From NCBI GenBank assembly GCA_965203485.1, contig OZ241892.1, positions 704,001-768,000 on the forward strand: 64,000 nucleotides of DNA, written 5' to 3'. This stretch comes from Longimicrobiales bacterium. GTDB lineage: Bacteria > Gemmatimonadota > Gemmatimonadetes > Longimicrobiales > Gaopeijiaceae. Position numbers and translations under genes: made by a program. The notes under the pieces were generated by a model, which made no database searches, was not told where the DNA came from, and worked only from the letters and a program-made list of their open reading frames with translations. Shown here in pieces: positions 37,301-46,178 of this stretch (the first letter of the stretch is position 1; every line of letters begins with the position of its first letter).

Positions 37301-40300
37301 AGCGCGACCAGGCAGGCGGACTACGCGAGCGGGACGGGGACGGACACGCTGGTGTTCCGGTACGTGGTGGTGGCGGCCGACGCGGACGCGGACGGGATCA
37401 GCATAGCGGCGGGCGCGTTGACGTTGAACGGCGGCACGATCCGGCTGGCCGGCGGGACGCTGGACGCGATGCGGGACTTGGGGGCGAACGCGGTAGTGAA
37501 CAGCGCGGGCCACACGGTTGCGGGCGGGACGTTCACGACGCCTTCGGTGAGCGCGGTGACGGTGTCGAGCGCGCCAGCGAGCGCGAGCACGTACGAGCTG
37601 GGCGAGTCTATCGAGGTGAAGGTGGCGTTCAGCCGTCCGGTGGCGGTGACGGGGACGCCGCGACTGGCTTTGGGGATCGGGACGGCGACGCGCCAGGCGG
37701 ACTACGATTCGGCGTCGAGCAGTGCGGACACGCTGGTGTTCGGGTACGCGGTCCGGCCTGCGGACGTGGACGCCGACGGGCTCAGCATCGCGGCGGGCGC
37801 GCTGGCGTTGAACGGCGGGACGATCAACGACGCGCGTCCGGGCGCGACGGCTGCGAGCCTGGATTTGGGGTCGAACGCGATCACGAACGCTGCGTCGCAC
37901 AAGGTGAACGGCGGGCTGGGCCCGCCCGGGGTGACGGGGTTGGCGGTGGCGCCGCCGCCGGCGGGCGCGGTGTTCGAGCGCGGCGACACGATTGTTGCGA
38001 CGGTGCGGTTCAACAAGGCGGTGGACGTGACGGGCACGCCGCAGCTGGCGCTGGGGATCGGCACGCAGACGCGGCAGGCGGCGTACGCATCGGGCACGGG
38101 CACGGCGGCGCTGGTGTTCCGGTACGTGGTGGCGACGGCGGACGTGGACTTGGACGGGTTGAGCGTTGGCGCGAGCGCACTGGCTCTGAACGGCGGCACG
38201 ATCGACGTGTCGGGCGGGACGACGGACGCGTTGCTGAGCCTGGAGCGCCATGCGTTCGAGAACTTCCTGGTGGTGAACGGCGGGCTGTTCACGGCGTCGT
38301 CGGCGAGCGGCGTGTCGATATCGAGCAGTCCAGCGAGCGACAGCACGTACGGTCGCACGGAGCGGATCGAGGTCGAGGTGACGTTCGACCGCGCGGTGGC
38401 AGTGACGGGCACGCCGCAGCTGGCGTTGACGATCGGCGACTCGACGCGCCAGGCGAGCTACGCGAGCGGCACGGGCACGAAGACGCTGGCGTTCGGCTAC
38501 GTGGTGGTGGCTGCGGACGCGGACGCGAACGGTTTGAGCGTCGGGCCGGCCGCGCTGGCGTTGAACGGCGGTGCGATCGACGACGCGCGCGACGCGAGCG
38601 AGGCTGCGGGCCTGGGCCTGGGGAGCCATGCGATATCGAACGCTGCGGCGCACAAGGTGAACGGGAGCCTGGGGCCGCCCGGCGTGACGGGCGTGACGCT
38701 CGGCTCGCCGCCGGTGGGCACGACGTTCGAGCGGGGCGACACGATCGTGGCGGCGCTGGCGTTCAACCGGGCGGTGGACGTGACGGGCGCGCCGCAGCTG
38801 GCGCTGGGGATCGGGAGCGCGACGAAGCAGGCGGTCTACGCGAGCGGGAGCGGCACGTCGTCGCTCGAGTTCCGGTACGTGGTGGTGACGGCGGACGTGG
38901 ACGCCGACGGGTTGAGCGTCGCGACGACGGCGCTGGGATTGAACGGCGGTACGGTTCGGCTGGCCGGCGGGACGCTGGACGCGACGCTGGGGTTGGGCAC
39001 GCACGCGATATCGAACAGCGCGGGCCACAAGGTTGCGGGCGGGACGTTCACGGCGTCGGGCGTGACGGGCGTGGCGGTCGCGAGCAGTCCTGCGAGCGGC
39101 GCGACGTACGGACTGGGCGAGCGGATCGAGGTTCGGGTGACGTTTGCGCGCGCTGTGGCGGTGACGGGCACGCCGCAGCTGGCGCTGGGGATCGGCGCTG
39201 CGACGCGGCAGGCGGACTACGCGGGCGGAACGGGCACGCCGCAGCTGGCGTTCGGCTACGTGGTCGTCGCGGGCGACGCCGACTCCGACGGGCTCAGCAT
39301 CGGCGCGAGCGCTTTGGCGCTGAACGGCGGGACGATCGCGGACGGACGCGACGGTTCGACGGCGGCGGCGCTGGGCCTGGGGTCGAGCGCGGTCGCGGAC
39401 GCTGCGGGCCACCGCGTGGACGCGACGCGCGGCCCGCCGGGGGTGATGGGCGTGACGATCGGGTCGCCGCAGGTGGGCGACACGTTCGAGCGCGGCGACA
39501 CGGTCGAGGTCGAGGTCGAGTTCAACAAGCCGGTGGCGGTGACGGGCGCGCCGCAGCTGGCGCTGGGCATCGGCGCGGCGACGAAGCAGGCGGGCTACGC
39601 GGGCGGGAGCGGGACGGCTGCGCTGGCGTTCCGGTACGTGGTCGTGTCCGCCGACGCGGACGCCGACGGGCTCAGCGTCGCGGCGGGCGCTTTGGCGCTG
39701 AACGGCGGGACGATCAAGGTGTCGGGCGGCACGGCCGACGCTTTGCTGGGCCTGGGCGCGCACGCGGTGGCGAACAGCGGGGGCCACAAGGTGGCGGGCG
39801 GGACGTTCACGGCGTCGTCGCCGAGCGCGGCGTCGGTGACGAGCGCGCCGGCGAGCGGCGACACGTACGGGTTGGGCGAGCGCATCGAGGTACGGGTGAC
39901 GTTCGCGCGCCCGGTCGTCGTGACGGGCGCGCCGCAGCTGGCGCTGGGCATCGGCGCGGCGACGAAGCAGGCGGGCTACGCTGGCGGCAGCGGGACGCGC
40001 GCGCTGGTGTTCGGCTACGTGGTCGCATCCGCGGACGCGGACGCCGACGGGATCAGCGTGGGCGCGAGCGCGCTGTCGTTGAACGGCGGCGCGATAGCCG
40101 ACGCGCGCGACGGGTCGACGGCGGCCGGCCTGGGCCTGGGCTCGAGCGCGATTGCGAACGCTGGCGCGCACAAGGTGGACGGCAGCGTCGAGGGCGCGCC
40201 GGCGGTTGCGGGCGCTCGGCTGGCGAGCGCGCCGTCGGGCGGCGGGTCGTACGGACTGGGCGAGGAGATACGGGTGGCGGTGCGCTTCGACCGCGCGGTG

Positions 40301-43300
40301 GCGGTGACGGGCACGCCCGAGCTGGCGCTCGGCATCGGCGCTGCGACGCGGCAGGCGGGCTACGCGAGCGGGAGCGGCACGTCCGAGCTCGAGTTCGCGT
40401 ACGTGGTTCAGGCGGCGGACGCCGACAGGGACGGGATCAGCGTTGGCGCGGGCGCGCTGTCGCTGAGCGGCGGGACGCTGGTGGTCGCGGGCGGCACGGC
40501 GGCGGCGGTTCTGTCGCTGGGCAGCCACGCGATAGTGAACGCGAGCGGCCACGCCGTCGCCGGCACGCTCGAGGCGGCGCCGGTAGTGACGGGCGCGCGG
40601 CTGGTATCGTCGCCTGCGAACGGGAGCGCGTACGGGTTGAGCGAGCGGATCGCCGTCGCGCTGGCGTTCAGCCGTCCGGTCGACGTTGCGGGCGCGCCGC
40701 AGCTGGCGCTGGGCATCGGGAGCGCGACGCGGCAGGCGGGCTACGCGAGCGGGAGCGGCACGGCCGAGCTGGTGTTCGGCTACGTCGTCGCGGGCGGCGA
40801 CGCCGACGCCGACGGCGTGAGCGTCGCGGCGGGCGCGCTGGCCTTGAACGGCGGGACGATCGTGATCGCGGGCGGGCGCGTGGCGGCGGTGCTGTCGCTG
40901 GGCACGCACGCGCTGTCGAACGTCGCGGGCCACCTGGTGGACGGGAGCGCCGAGACGGCGCCTGCCGTGGCGGGCGTGACGCTGGCGAGCGCGCCGATCG
41001 GCGGCGGGCGCTACGAGCTGGGCGAGGAGATCCGCGTGCACGTGCGCTTCGACCGCGCCGTCGCCGTGACGGGCTCGCCGCAGCTGGCGCTGACGATCGG
41101 CGCGCAGACGCGCACGGCGCGCTTCGTGCGCGTCGTCGGCTACGGCGCCGCCGCGCGCGCGGGCTGGGCCGGCGTCGCGGCGGGCTATGCAGGCGCGCGC
41201 TGGGCCGGCGGGTCGGCGGGCGGCGCAGGCGGTTCCGCCGGCGCGTTGGGCGCGACGCAGGGCGCGGCGCTCGAGTTCGCGTACGCCGTTCAGGCGGCGG
41301 ACGCCGACGCGGACGGATTGAGCGTGGGCGCGGGCGCGCTGTCGCTGAACGGCGGCGCGATCACGCTGCTGGGCGGCACGGCGGCGGCTGGACTGTCGCT
41401 GGGCGGCCACGCGCTGACGAACGTCGGCGGCCACTTGGTGGACGGCAGCGTCGTGTCGCCGCCTGCGGTCGCGGGCGTCGAAGCGAGCCGTCCGCAGTCG
41501 GGCGGCCGGTGGCGCGCCGGCCAGACGATCGAGATCGCCGTCGTGTTCGACCGGCCGGTGAGCGTGACGGGCGGCCCGCGTCTGGCGCTGGCGATGGGCA
41601 CGCGCACGGTTCACGCCGCGCTGGCGTCGGCGAGCGGGCGGCGCGTCGAGTTCGCGTACGAGGTGCGTCCTCACGACCGCGCGCCGAACGGGATCGCGCT
41701 GGCCGCCGGCGCGCTGGACGCGAGCGGCGCCGCGATCGTGTCGGCCGCCGACGGTTCGACGCCGGCCGCGCTGTCGCTGGGCAGCCATGCGTTCGCAAGC
41801 GATCCGACGCGCAGGGTCGAGGGCGGCGGCGGCGAGCCGGAGCCGGGGCGGCCGCCGAAGTTCGGGGCCGAGTCGTACGCGTTCGAGCTGGCCGAGAACG
41901 TGGCGGGCGCCGTCGTCGTGGGCGCCGTGAGCGCCGTGGACCCGGACGAGGGCGACGAGGTGTACTACCGGCTGCGCGAGGGCGGCGGCGGCCTGTTCGA
42001 GGTGGACGAGACGAGCGGCGAGGTCAGCTACGTCGGCGCGGGCGAAGACTACGAAGCCGGCCCGCGCGAGCACGCGCTCGTCGTGTCGGCCGCCGACGTC
42101 GGCGGCCTCGCGTCGACCGTCCGCGTGACGGTGAAGGTGACGAACGCGAACGAGGCGCCGGCGTTCGAGCGGGCGAGCTGGACGTTCGAGCTGGCCGAGA
42201 ACGCGGCCGGACCGATAGTGCTGGGCACGGTCAGCGCGACCGACCCGGACGAGGGCGAGGCGCTGTCGTACAGCCTCGTCTCGGGCGGCGGCGGCCTGTT
42301 CGAGCTGGACGCTGCGAGCGGCGCCGTGCGCTACGTCGGCGCCGGCGAAGACTACGAGACGGGCCCGCGCGAGCACGCGCTGGCCGTCGCCGTCGCCGAC
42401 GCGGGCGGGCTGCGAGCGGCGGCCGGCGTCGTGATAGCCGTCGCCGACGCCGACGAGGCGCCCGTGTTCGAGCGGGCGAGCTGGACGTTCGAGCTGGCCG
42501 AGAACGCGGCCGGGCCCATAGTGCTGGGCACGGTGTCGGCGACCGACCCGGACGAGGGCGAGGCGCTGTCGTACGGCCTGGTCTCGGGCGGCGGCGGCCT
42601 GTTCGAGCTGGACGCTGCGACCGGCGAGGTCAGCTACGTGGGCGCCGGCGAGGACTACGAGACGGGCCCGCGCGAGCACGCGCTCGTCGTCGCCGCGACG
42701 GGCGCCGACGGCCTCGCCGCGCAGGCGGCCGTCGTCGTGACGGTCGCCGACGTGAACGAGGCGCCCGTGTTCGAGCAGGCGAGCTGGACGTTCGAGCTGG
42801 CCGAGAACGCTGCCGGCCCGCTCGCCGTCGGCGCCGTCGCCGCCGCCGACGAGGACGAGGGCGACGTGCTGTCGTACAGCCTCGTCTCGGGCGGCGGCGG
42901 CCTGTTCGAGCTGGACGCTGCGAGCGGCGCCGTGCGCTACGTCGGCGCCGGCGAGGACTACGAGACGGGCCCGCGCGAGCACGCGCTCGTCGTCGCCGCG
43001 ACGGACAGGGGCGGCCTGGCGGCGACGGCGAACGCGACCGTCGTCGTGACCGACGTCAACGAGGCGCCCGAAGCGACCGCGCAGATCGCCGTCGCGGCGC
43101 TCGACGCGCACGGCGCGGCCGTGCAGGAGACGCTGGACGCGTACTTCCGGGACCCGGACGGCGACGCGCTCGCGTACGCCGCCGAGTCGTCGGACACGGC
43201 GGTGGCGGCGGCGAGCGTGGCGGGCGGCGTGCTGACCATCCGGCCGTTCGCGATCGGCACGGCGAGCGTGACCGTGACGGCGACCGATCCCGGCGGGCTG

Positions 43301-45076
43301 GCCGCCGAGCAGACCGTCGCCGTCGTCGTCGAGGCGTCGCGCTCCGAGCGAGCGCGCGTGCTCGAGGGCGCGCTGGCCGCGTTCGGGCGCTCGCTCGGCG
43401 CCGAGGCCGTCGACGTGATCGGCGGCAGGCTCGGGATCGAGTCGGCCGGCGGACTCGGACGCTCGCACCTCCAGCTCGGAGGACGCTCCATCGCCTGCGA
43501 CGGCGGCGCGACAGGCGGCGGCGCGTGCGGCTGGCGGGCGCTCGCGCGCTCGGCGTCCGGCCTGCTCGGCGTCCAAGTCGCGTTGCCGACCACCGGCGGT
43601 CCGCGCGGCGCGCAGTCCGCCGGCGCGCTCGACCCGGCCGCGCTGCTCTTCGGCGGCCCGGGCGTTGCAACCGGTGGCGCCGGCGGGCTTGGCGGACTCG
43701 GCATGGGCGGCGACTACCAGGGCCAGCAGGAGCCCGCGCCGCCCACGCCGGGCGGCGTGACGCTCAACCCGCTGTCGGGCGGCGACCTGCTCGAGCGCAG
43801 CTCGTTCCAGCTCTCGCTCGGCGGCGGCGCGGCCAGCGACTCGGGCGCGTTCGGCGCGCAGGACGCCGCCGGCCTGCGTCCCGGCTGGACCGTCTGGGGC
43901 CGCGCCGGCATGGGCGGCTACGAGGGCCGCCCGGCCGACGGCCTGCGCTTCGGCGGCGGGCGCGCTCGCTCGGCGCACCTCGGCGCCGACTACCGCTTCG
44001 CGTCCGGCCTGCTCGTCGGCGTCGCCGGCGCGCGCAGCAGCTTCGAGACCGAGTTCGAGAGCGCCGTCAACGGCGCGGGCTCCGTCGCCGCGAGCCTGAC
44101 CAGCGTGCATCCCTACGTGCACTGGTCGCCCACCGGAGGACTCGGCCTCTGGGCCCTCGCAGGCGCAGGAACCGGCGACGCGACGCTCGACGAAGCCGCC
44201 GGCGGCCGGTTCGGCGCCGACATCGCGATGCTGATGGGCGCGCTCGGTGCGCGCCGCGAGCTGGCCGGCGGCATCGCGCTCAAGGCCGACGCGTTCTCCG
44301 TGCGCGTCCGCTCCGACGACGCGGCCGACCTGGCAGGCGTGACCGCGCGCGCGCACCGCGTCCGGCTCGCGCCCGAAGTCGCGAAGACCTGGGCGCTCGG
44401 CGGCGAAGCGTCGCTGCGCACGCGGCTCGAGCTCGGCGCGCGCCTCGACGCCGGCGACGCCGAGACCGGGTTGGGCGCCGAGGCCGGCGGCGAAGCGTCG
44501 TTCGACCACGCGCCCACCGGCCTGTCCGTCGCGATGCGCGGGCGCGCGCTGCTCGCGCACCAGGCCGAGGGCTTGCGCGAATGGGGCGCCGGCGTCTCGT
44601 TCCGGCTCCAGCCCGGCGGGACCGCCGAAGACGGCCTGTCGCTCTCCGTCGAGCCGGCATGGGGCGCCGCCACCGGCGCCACCGGCGAACTCTGGCGCCA
44701 AGGCCCCGCCGCCATCGGTCCCGCCGCCCAGGCGGCGCACCCGGTTGCGCACCAGGCCGCGCCGTCCGGCTGGGCGCCCGGACGCATGGCCATGGAACTC
44801 GGCTGGGGCGTCGCGCTCGACAACGGCGCCACGATCACGCCCTTCGGACGCTGGAGCCAGGACGCAGGCGCCGGCCAGCGCTTCAACGCCGGCGCGCGCT
44901 TCTCGCTGCTCGGCCAGTCCGTCCAGTCCAGCACGGGCACCGGCGCCCACTCGCCCGCCGCCGGCCCCGCCGAGAGCCTGCGCTTCATCCTCCACCTCTA
45001 CGGCGAGCACGCCTCCTCGCCCCTCGAACCCCCGCAACGCCGCCTCGGCCTGGCAGGCGCCATCCAGCTCAGGTAG
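31304..45076 (+). CDS. giant secreted adhesin / autotransporter-like protein, copy 2 (~4590 aa)
   Basis: Same architecture as 8110-21882 with about six amino-acid differences visible in the ORF track; the frame is open upstream to 30656. Confidence 0.9.
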   Translation: MSTHEARKAETRPTPLRPTGWLARAMPVARTSLAALGLLAAFGTTAPAPLSAQTTPPAVSGVGITSDAGSDSTYVEGDTIKVLVVFSESVDVTGTPQLALTVDTMTRQASYVSGTGNDSLAFHYVLPVTSTDRDADGISIAASALALNGGTIRRAGGTVDAVLGLGAHAVSNDRNHQVARRPAMAPIHFQTNPASDQTFAAGEVVHLRITWTDRVDKPNWQAMRLAIEIGEDTVTAIPHQQNPWAVWFRYTVTEADLDENGISLPENALTNIGSVRLEGTLVEADNDLSAVTLTDTATHKVNGAKAVPHVTNTTIESDAGNDSTYARGDVIEIGIWFNEDVDVTGSPRLAMAVGTETRQAVYFAGTGGSSLVFRYEVGPGDVDTNGISIGSEALTLNGGTIRRAGSATVNAYLGLRVHRVADADTHKVDGTAGPPAVTKVLVTSDAGTDSTYAANDTVQVAVVFNESVDVTGTPRVALGIGLQTRQASYAGGTGTDSLTFRYVVASGDADADGLSIGASALALNGGTIKRAGAAVDATLSTANFVVVNAAAHKVLGSGATIVTGTSFASDAGTDSIYVEGDTVAVEVVFNQAVDVTGTPQLALVLSAVRQASYVSGTGTTTLTFKYVVAAGDSDTNGISYGRNALTLNGGTIRRAGTAVDVYLSLWTHVATDDRAHRVWEIPKVSSVSIPSSAGADQTWASGDIIDFFVVFDRAIAASVTASSGIHLTIGEDVRSGYIHNVNTGTRTLHWRYVPVQADLDADGLSVDSVTFGGSDYVRTAGAPAGAANANLDFTPIANASAHKVNGAQAVPHVTGTVVASDAGNDSTYAEGDTIEVGLVFSENVDVTGAPRLALGIGTATRQARYVAGTGGDSLVFRYVVGAGDEDADGLSVGAGALALGAGGTIRRAGSATVNAYLGLRVHTIANASAHKVALTPPSVSGVFFVTPANTGLAYASTDSVFGLADEIRAAVSFGVAVTAAGTPQLALGIGTQTRSAVLCDTTGANVLVFCYTVVAADSDSDGISVGANALTLPGGATLRATGSTTGANLSLAPWNFANSALFQVDGSKEVAPGVSGVAIASDAGTDSTYHRFEAIRVEVGFDRAVDVVGTPQLALGIGAATRQAGYASGTGTSTLTFQYSVGPSDSDADGVSIAASALALNGGTIEIAGGSAAAALGLGSHAIANAAAHKVAGDRPVVTGVSLGSPVTGDVFERGDTIEARVSFGRWVTVTGTPQLALTIGTATRQASYASGSGSGSLAFRYVVASGDADADGLSVGAGALGLNGGTIAVTGGTANALLELQTWHVITNSAGHKVDGGTLTAASVSGVSVASVPSGGDTYLLGDTIDVAVAFTRLVAVTGTPQLAIGIGSSTRQASYASGTGTDTLLFRYAVVAADADTNGLSIAAGALGLNGGTIADARDVSVAAGLGLGSSAVSNSTGHKVDGSRVRPARVLSVTLNTVPPTSQWNQFVAGDWMQVTVEFSAAVDVVGTPQVAIVIGTATRQAAYASGTGTATLVFRYQMHGYDPRDDDGIGVARDALALNGGTIRRAGSSDAALLDFGRAYTGTATNPAHRAGVSGIAVSSPGSGGTYGVGETIEVTVSLSHTAVLVSGAGPQLALGIGTQTRQASMVLGGGNTYNPLRFRYVVQAADADADGISIAANAITGGNVQSQHSVRPPFWGLGRLAIANDGMRKVDGSLGAVVSGLSIGSPPSGDTFERGDAIEVAVAFNRAVDVAGTPQLALAVDTLTRQASYASGTGTDTLVFRYVVVAADADTLGISIAANALSLNGGTIRQAGGTTNAVLGLGGHAVTNSSGHKVDGGTLTAASVSGVAITSAPSSDSTYGRTERIEVAVEFVRAVTVTGTPQLALGIGTATRQAAYASGSGTRTLVFRYVVVAADADSTGISIGASALALNGGAINDARDGTAAASLGLGSHAVANDRSHKVDGSLGPPGVTGLSIGSPAVDTTFERGETIEVSVVFSRPVDVGGTPQLALGIGSATRQADYASGTGTDTLVFRYVVVAADADADGISIAAGALTLNGGTIRLAGGTLDAMRDLGANAVVNSAGHTVAGGTFTTPSVSAVTVSSAPASASTYELGESIEVKVAFSRPVAVTGTPRLALGIGTATRQADYDSASSSADTLVFGYAVRPADVDADGLSIAAGALALNGGTINDARPGATAASLDLGSNAITNAASHKVNGGLGPPGVTGLAVAPPPAGAVFERGDTIVATVRFNKAVDVTGTPQLALGIGTQTRQAAYASGTGTAALVFRYVVATADVDLDGLSVGASALALNGGTIDVSGGTTDALLSLERHAFENFLVVNGGLFTASSASGVSISSSPASDSTYGRTERIEVEVTFDRAVAVTGTPQLALTIGDSTRQASYASGTGTKTLAFGYVVVAADADANGLSVGPAALALNGGAIDDARDASEAAGLGLGSHAISNAAAHKVNGSLGPPGVTGVTLGSPPVGTTFERGDTIVAALAFNRAVDVTGAPQLALGIGSATKQAVYASGSGTSSLEFRYVVVTADVDADGLSVATTALGLNGGTVRLAGGTLDATLGLGTHAISNSAGHKVAGGTFTASGVTGVAVASSPASGATYGLGERIEVRVTFARAVAVTGTPQLALGIGAATRQADYAGGTGTPQLAFGYVVVAGDADSDGLSIGASALALNGGTIADGRDGSTAAALGLGSSAVADAAGHRVDATRGPPGVMGVTIGSPQVGDTFERGDTVEVEVEFNKPVAVTGAPQLALGIGAATKQAGYAGGSGTAALAFRYVVVSADADADGLSVAAGALALNGGTIKVSGGTADALLGLGAHAVANSGGHKVAGGTFTASSPSAASVTSAPASGDTYGLGERIEVRVTFARPVVVTGAPQLALGIGAATKQAGYAGGSGTRALVFGYVVASADADADGISVGASALSLNGGAIADARDGSTAAGLGLGSSAIANAGAHKVDGSVEGAPAVAGARLASAPSGGGSYGLGEEIRVAVRFDRAVAVTGTPELALGIGAATRQAGYASGSGTSELEFAYVVQAADADRDGISVGAGALSLSGGTLVVAGGTAAAVLSLGSHAIVNASGHAVAGTLEAAPVVTGARLVSSPANGSAYGLSERIAVALAFSRPVDVAGAPQLALGIGSATRQAGYASGSGTAELVFGYVVAGGDADADGVSVAAGALALNGGTIVIAGGRVAAVLSLGTHALSNVAGHLVDGSAETAPAVAGVTLASAPIGGGRYELGEEIRVHVRFDRAVAVTGSPQLALTIGAQTRTARFVRVVGYGAAARAGWAGVAAGYAGARWAGGSAGGAGGSAGALGATQGAALEFAYAVQAADADADGLSVGAGALSLNGGAITLLGGTAAAGLSLGGHALTNVGGHLVDGSVVSPPAVAGVEASRPQSGGRWRAGQTIEIAVVFDRPVSVTGGPRLALAMGTRTVHAALASASGRRVEFAYEVRPHDRAPNGIALAAGALDASGAAIVSAADGSTPAALSLGSHAFASDPTRRVEGGGGEPEPGRPPKFGAESYAFELAENVAGAVVVGAVSAVDPDEGDEVYYRLREGGGGLFEVDETSGEVSYVGAGEDYEAGPREHALVVSAADVGGLASTVRVTVKVTNANEAPAFERASWTFELAENAAGPIVLGTVSATDPDEGEALSYSLVSGGGGLFELDAASGAVRYVGAGEDYETGPREHALAVAVADAGGLRAAAGVVIAVADADEAPVFERASWTFELAENAAGPIVLGTVSATDPDEGEALSYGLVSGGGGLFELDAATGEVSYVGAGEDYETGPREHALVVAATGADGLAAQAAVVVTVADVNEAPVFEQASWTFELAENAAGPLAVGAVAAADEDEGDVLSYSLVSGGGGLFELDAASGAVRYVGAGEDYETGPREHALVVAATDRGGLAATANATVVVTDVNEAPEATAQIAVAALDAHGAAVQETLDAYFRDPDGDALAYAAESSDTAVAAASVAGGVLTIRPFAIGTASVTVTATDPGGLAAEQTVAVVVEASRSERARVLEGALAAFGRSLGAEAVDVIGGRLGIESAGGLGRSHLQLGGRSIACDGGATGGGACGWRALARSASGLLGVQVALPTTGGPRGAQSAGALDPAALLFGGPGVATGGAGGLGGLGMGGDYQGQQEPAPPTPGGVTLNPLSGGDLLERSSFQLSLGGGAASDSGAFGAQDAAGLRPGWTVWGRAGMGGYEGRPADGLRFGGGRARSAHLGADYRFASGLLVGVAGARSSFETEFESAVNGAGSVAASLTSVHPYVHWSPTGGLGLWALAGAGTGDATLDEAAGGRFGADIAMLMGALGARRELAGGIALKADAFSVRVRSDDAADLAGVTARAHRVRLAPEVAKTWALGGEASLRTRLELGARLDAGDAETGLGAEAGGEASFDHAPTGLSVAMRGRALLAHQAEGLREWGAGVSFRLQPGGTAEDGLSLSVEPAWGAATGATGELWRQGPAAIGPAAQAAHPVAHQAAPSGWAPGRMAMELGWGVALDNGATITPFGRWSQDAGAGQRFNAGARFSLLGQSVQSSTGTGAHSPAAGPAESLRFILHLYGEHASSPLEPPQRRLGLAGAIQLR

Positions 45077-45103
45077 ACCCCCGACGCGCGGCTCCGCCGG
45101 CCA

Positions 45104-45159
45104 AAGCGCGCCAAGCCCCCCGCACCGGCCCCTCGGCCGTGGCGAGGCTTGGCGCGCTT
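45104..45159 (+). terminator. stem-loop downstream of giant gene copy 2
   Basis: Same 14-bp perfect inverted repeat as 21910-21965. Confidence 0.45.
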
Positions 45160-45264
45160 CCGCCGAGCGCCGCCAAGCCGCCCTCGCATTCGCCCCAATC
45201 GATATCCGCGCCGCTTCCGACCGTTCGAGCGGCGCCGACGGGGGCTCGGACGGGTTGCGGTGCT

Positions 45265-45636
45265 GTCCGATGCCAGGAGCTGCGCGGCGGCGATCTCCTC
45301 CGCCATCTCCCGCAGGCCGACCGCCTCGACGCCTCCTCCCTTGGGGCACCTGTCGTCGCCGTGAACCAGGAAGGCCCTGGTCGGCCGCGACGTCGTCCAG
45401 CGCGGCGCGAAACCCTCGCGGAACGGACGGGGATGTTGCTTCGCGTGATCTCCACGGCCCACAAGCGGCCGCCCGGCATTCCAGCCAGAAGGTCGATCTC
45501 CGCCCCGGTGGCCGTCAGGTAGAGTGAGAAGCTGGCCTGGGTTCCCTCGGGCGCCGCGCCGATCAACGTCTCGACCGCGAAGCCCTCCCAACTCGGACCC
45601 GCCACTGGATGGCCCAGCGCTTCGTCGGAGCTTAGG
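45265..45636 (-). pseudogene. frameshifted 3' remnant of an AAA+/DUF4143 ATPase paralogous to 46179-47387
   Basis: LGHPVAGPSWEGFAVETLI...TATGAEIDL...GGRLWAVEI / PRGFRAALDDV / RAFLVHGDDRCPKGGGVEAVGLREMAEEIAAA, spread over several frames. Confidence 0.85.
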
Positions 45637-45838
45637 TGCTGGACCACGCCCTGGAATTCGCTGGACATGCCGGGCCGTCTTCCCGAGACATGACGGCACA
45701 TCGGAACACGGCGGTCTTGCCCGAAGCGCCAGCCTTGCCGAGAGATGGCATGCCCGCGCGAACATGGCATGTCGGTGAGAACATGGTAGAGTCACCGAAA
45801 TATGGTAGATACACTGAACGCCTTGGTCCGCGGCAGGT

Positions 45839-46130
45839 CAAGTGCACGACCTCCCAACCCGTCCCACCGGCGTTGCAGGTACTTGACGACGAGGGTGCCG
45901 ATCGCACTGGTCGGGCTCGTGCTCGTTGCAGAGCAGGCAGTCGCCGTCCTGAAGGAACGGTCGGCCCGGCGCCGCGTGCTCTGCGGCGAACGCCTCCTTG
46001 ATCCGCCGCTCGCGCATGAGGACGTTGAAGCAGGGCTCGTAGCCGACCCAGTCGATTTGCTTCTTTCTTTAGTCCGCCAGCAGTTCGGGAGTTGGGCCAG
46101 GACCGGCATGTGGACATAGCCCACACCGCA
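45839..46130 (-). pseudogene. C-terminal remnant of a DUF488-family gene
   Basis: CGVGYVHMPVLA / PTPELLAD / KKKQIDWVGYEPCFNVLMRERRIKE...DCLLCNEHEPDQCDR / LVVKYLQRRW / EVVHL across frameshifts, resembling the DUF488 LLC.E..P..CHR motif. Confidence 0.7.
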
Positions 46131-46178
46131 CCTCCCGCGCGCGGGCGAGCGCGTCCGCGTCTTCGTGCCGGCGCCGTC

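Larger units (their letters stand above)
30861..45230 (+). repeat. copy 2 of the ~14.4 kb direct segmental duplication
   Basis: Near-identical to 7665-22036; visible differences are confined to the 5' ~125 bp, the poly-C length and small patches near 39691-39960, 40585 and 42575-42640. Confidence 0.97.
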
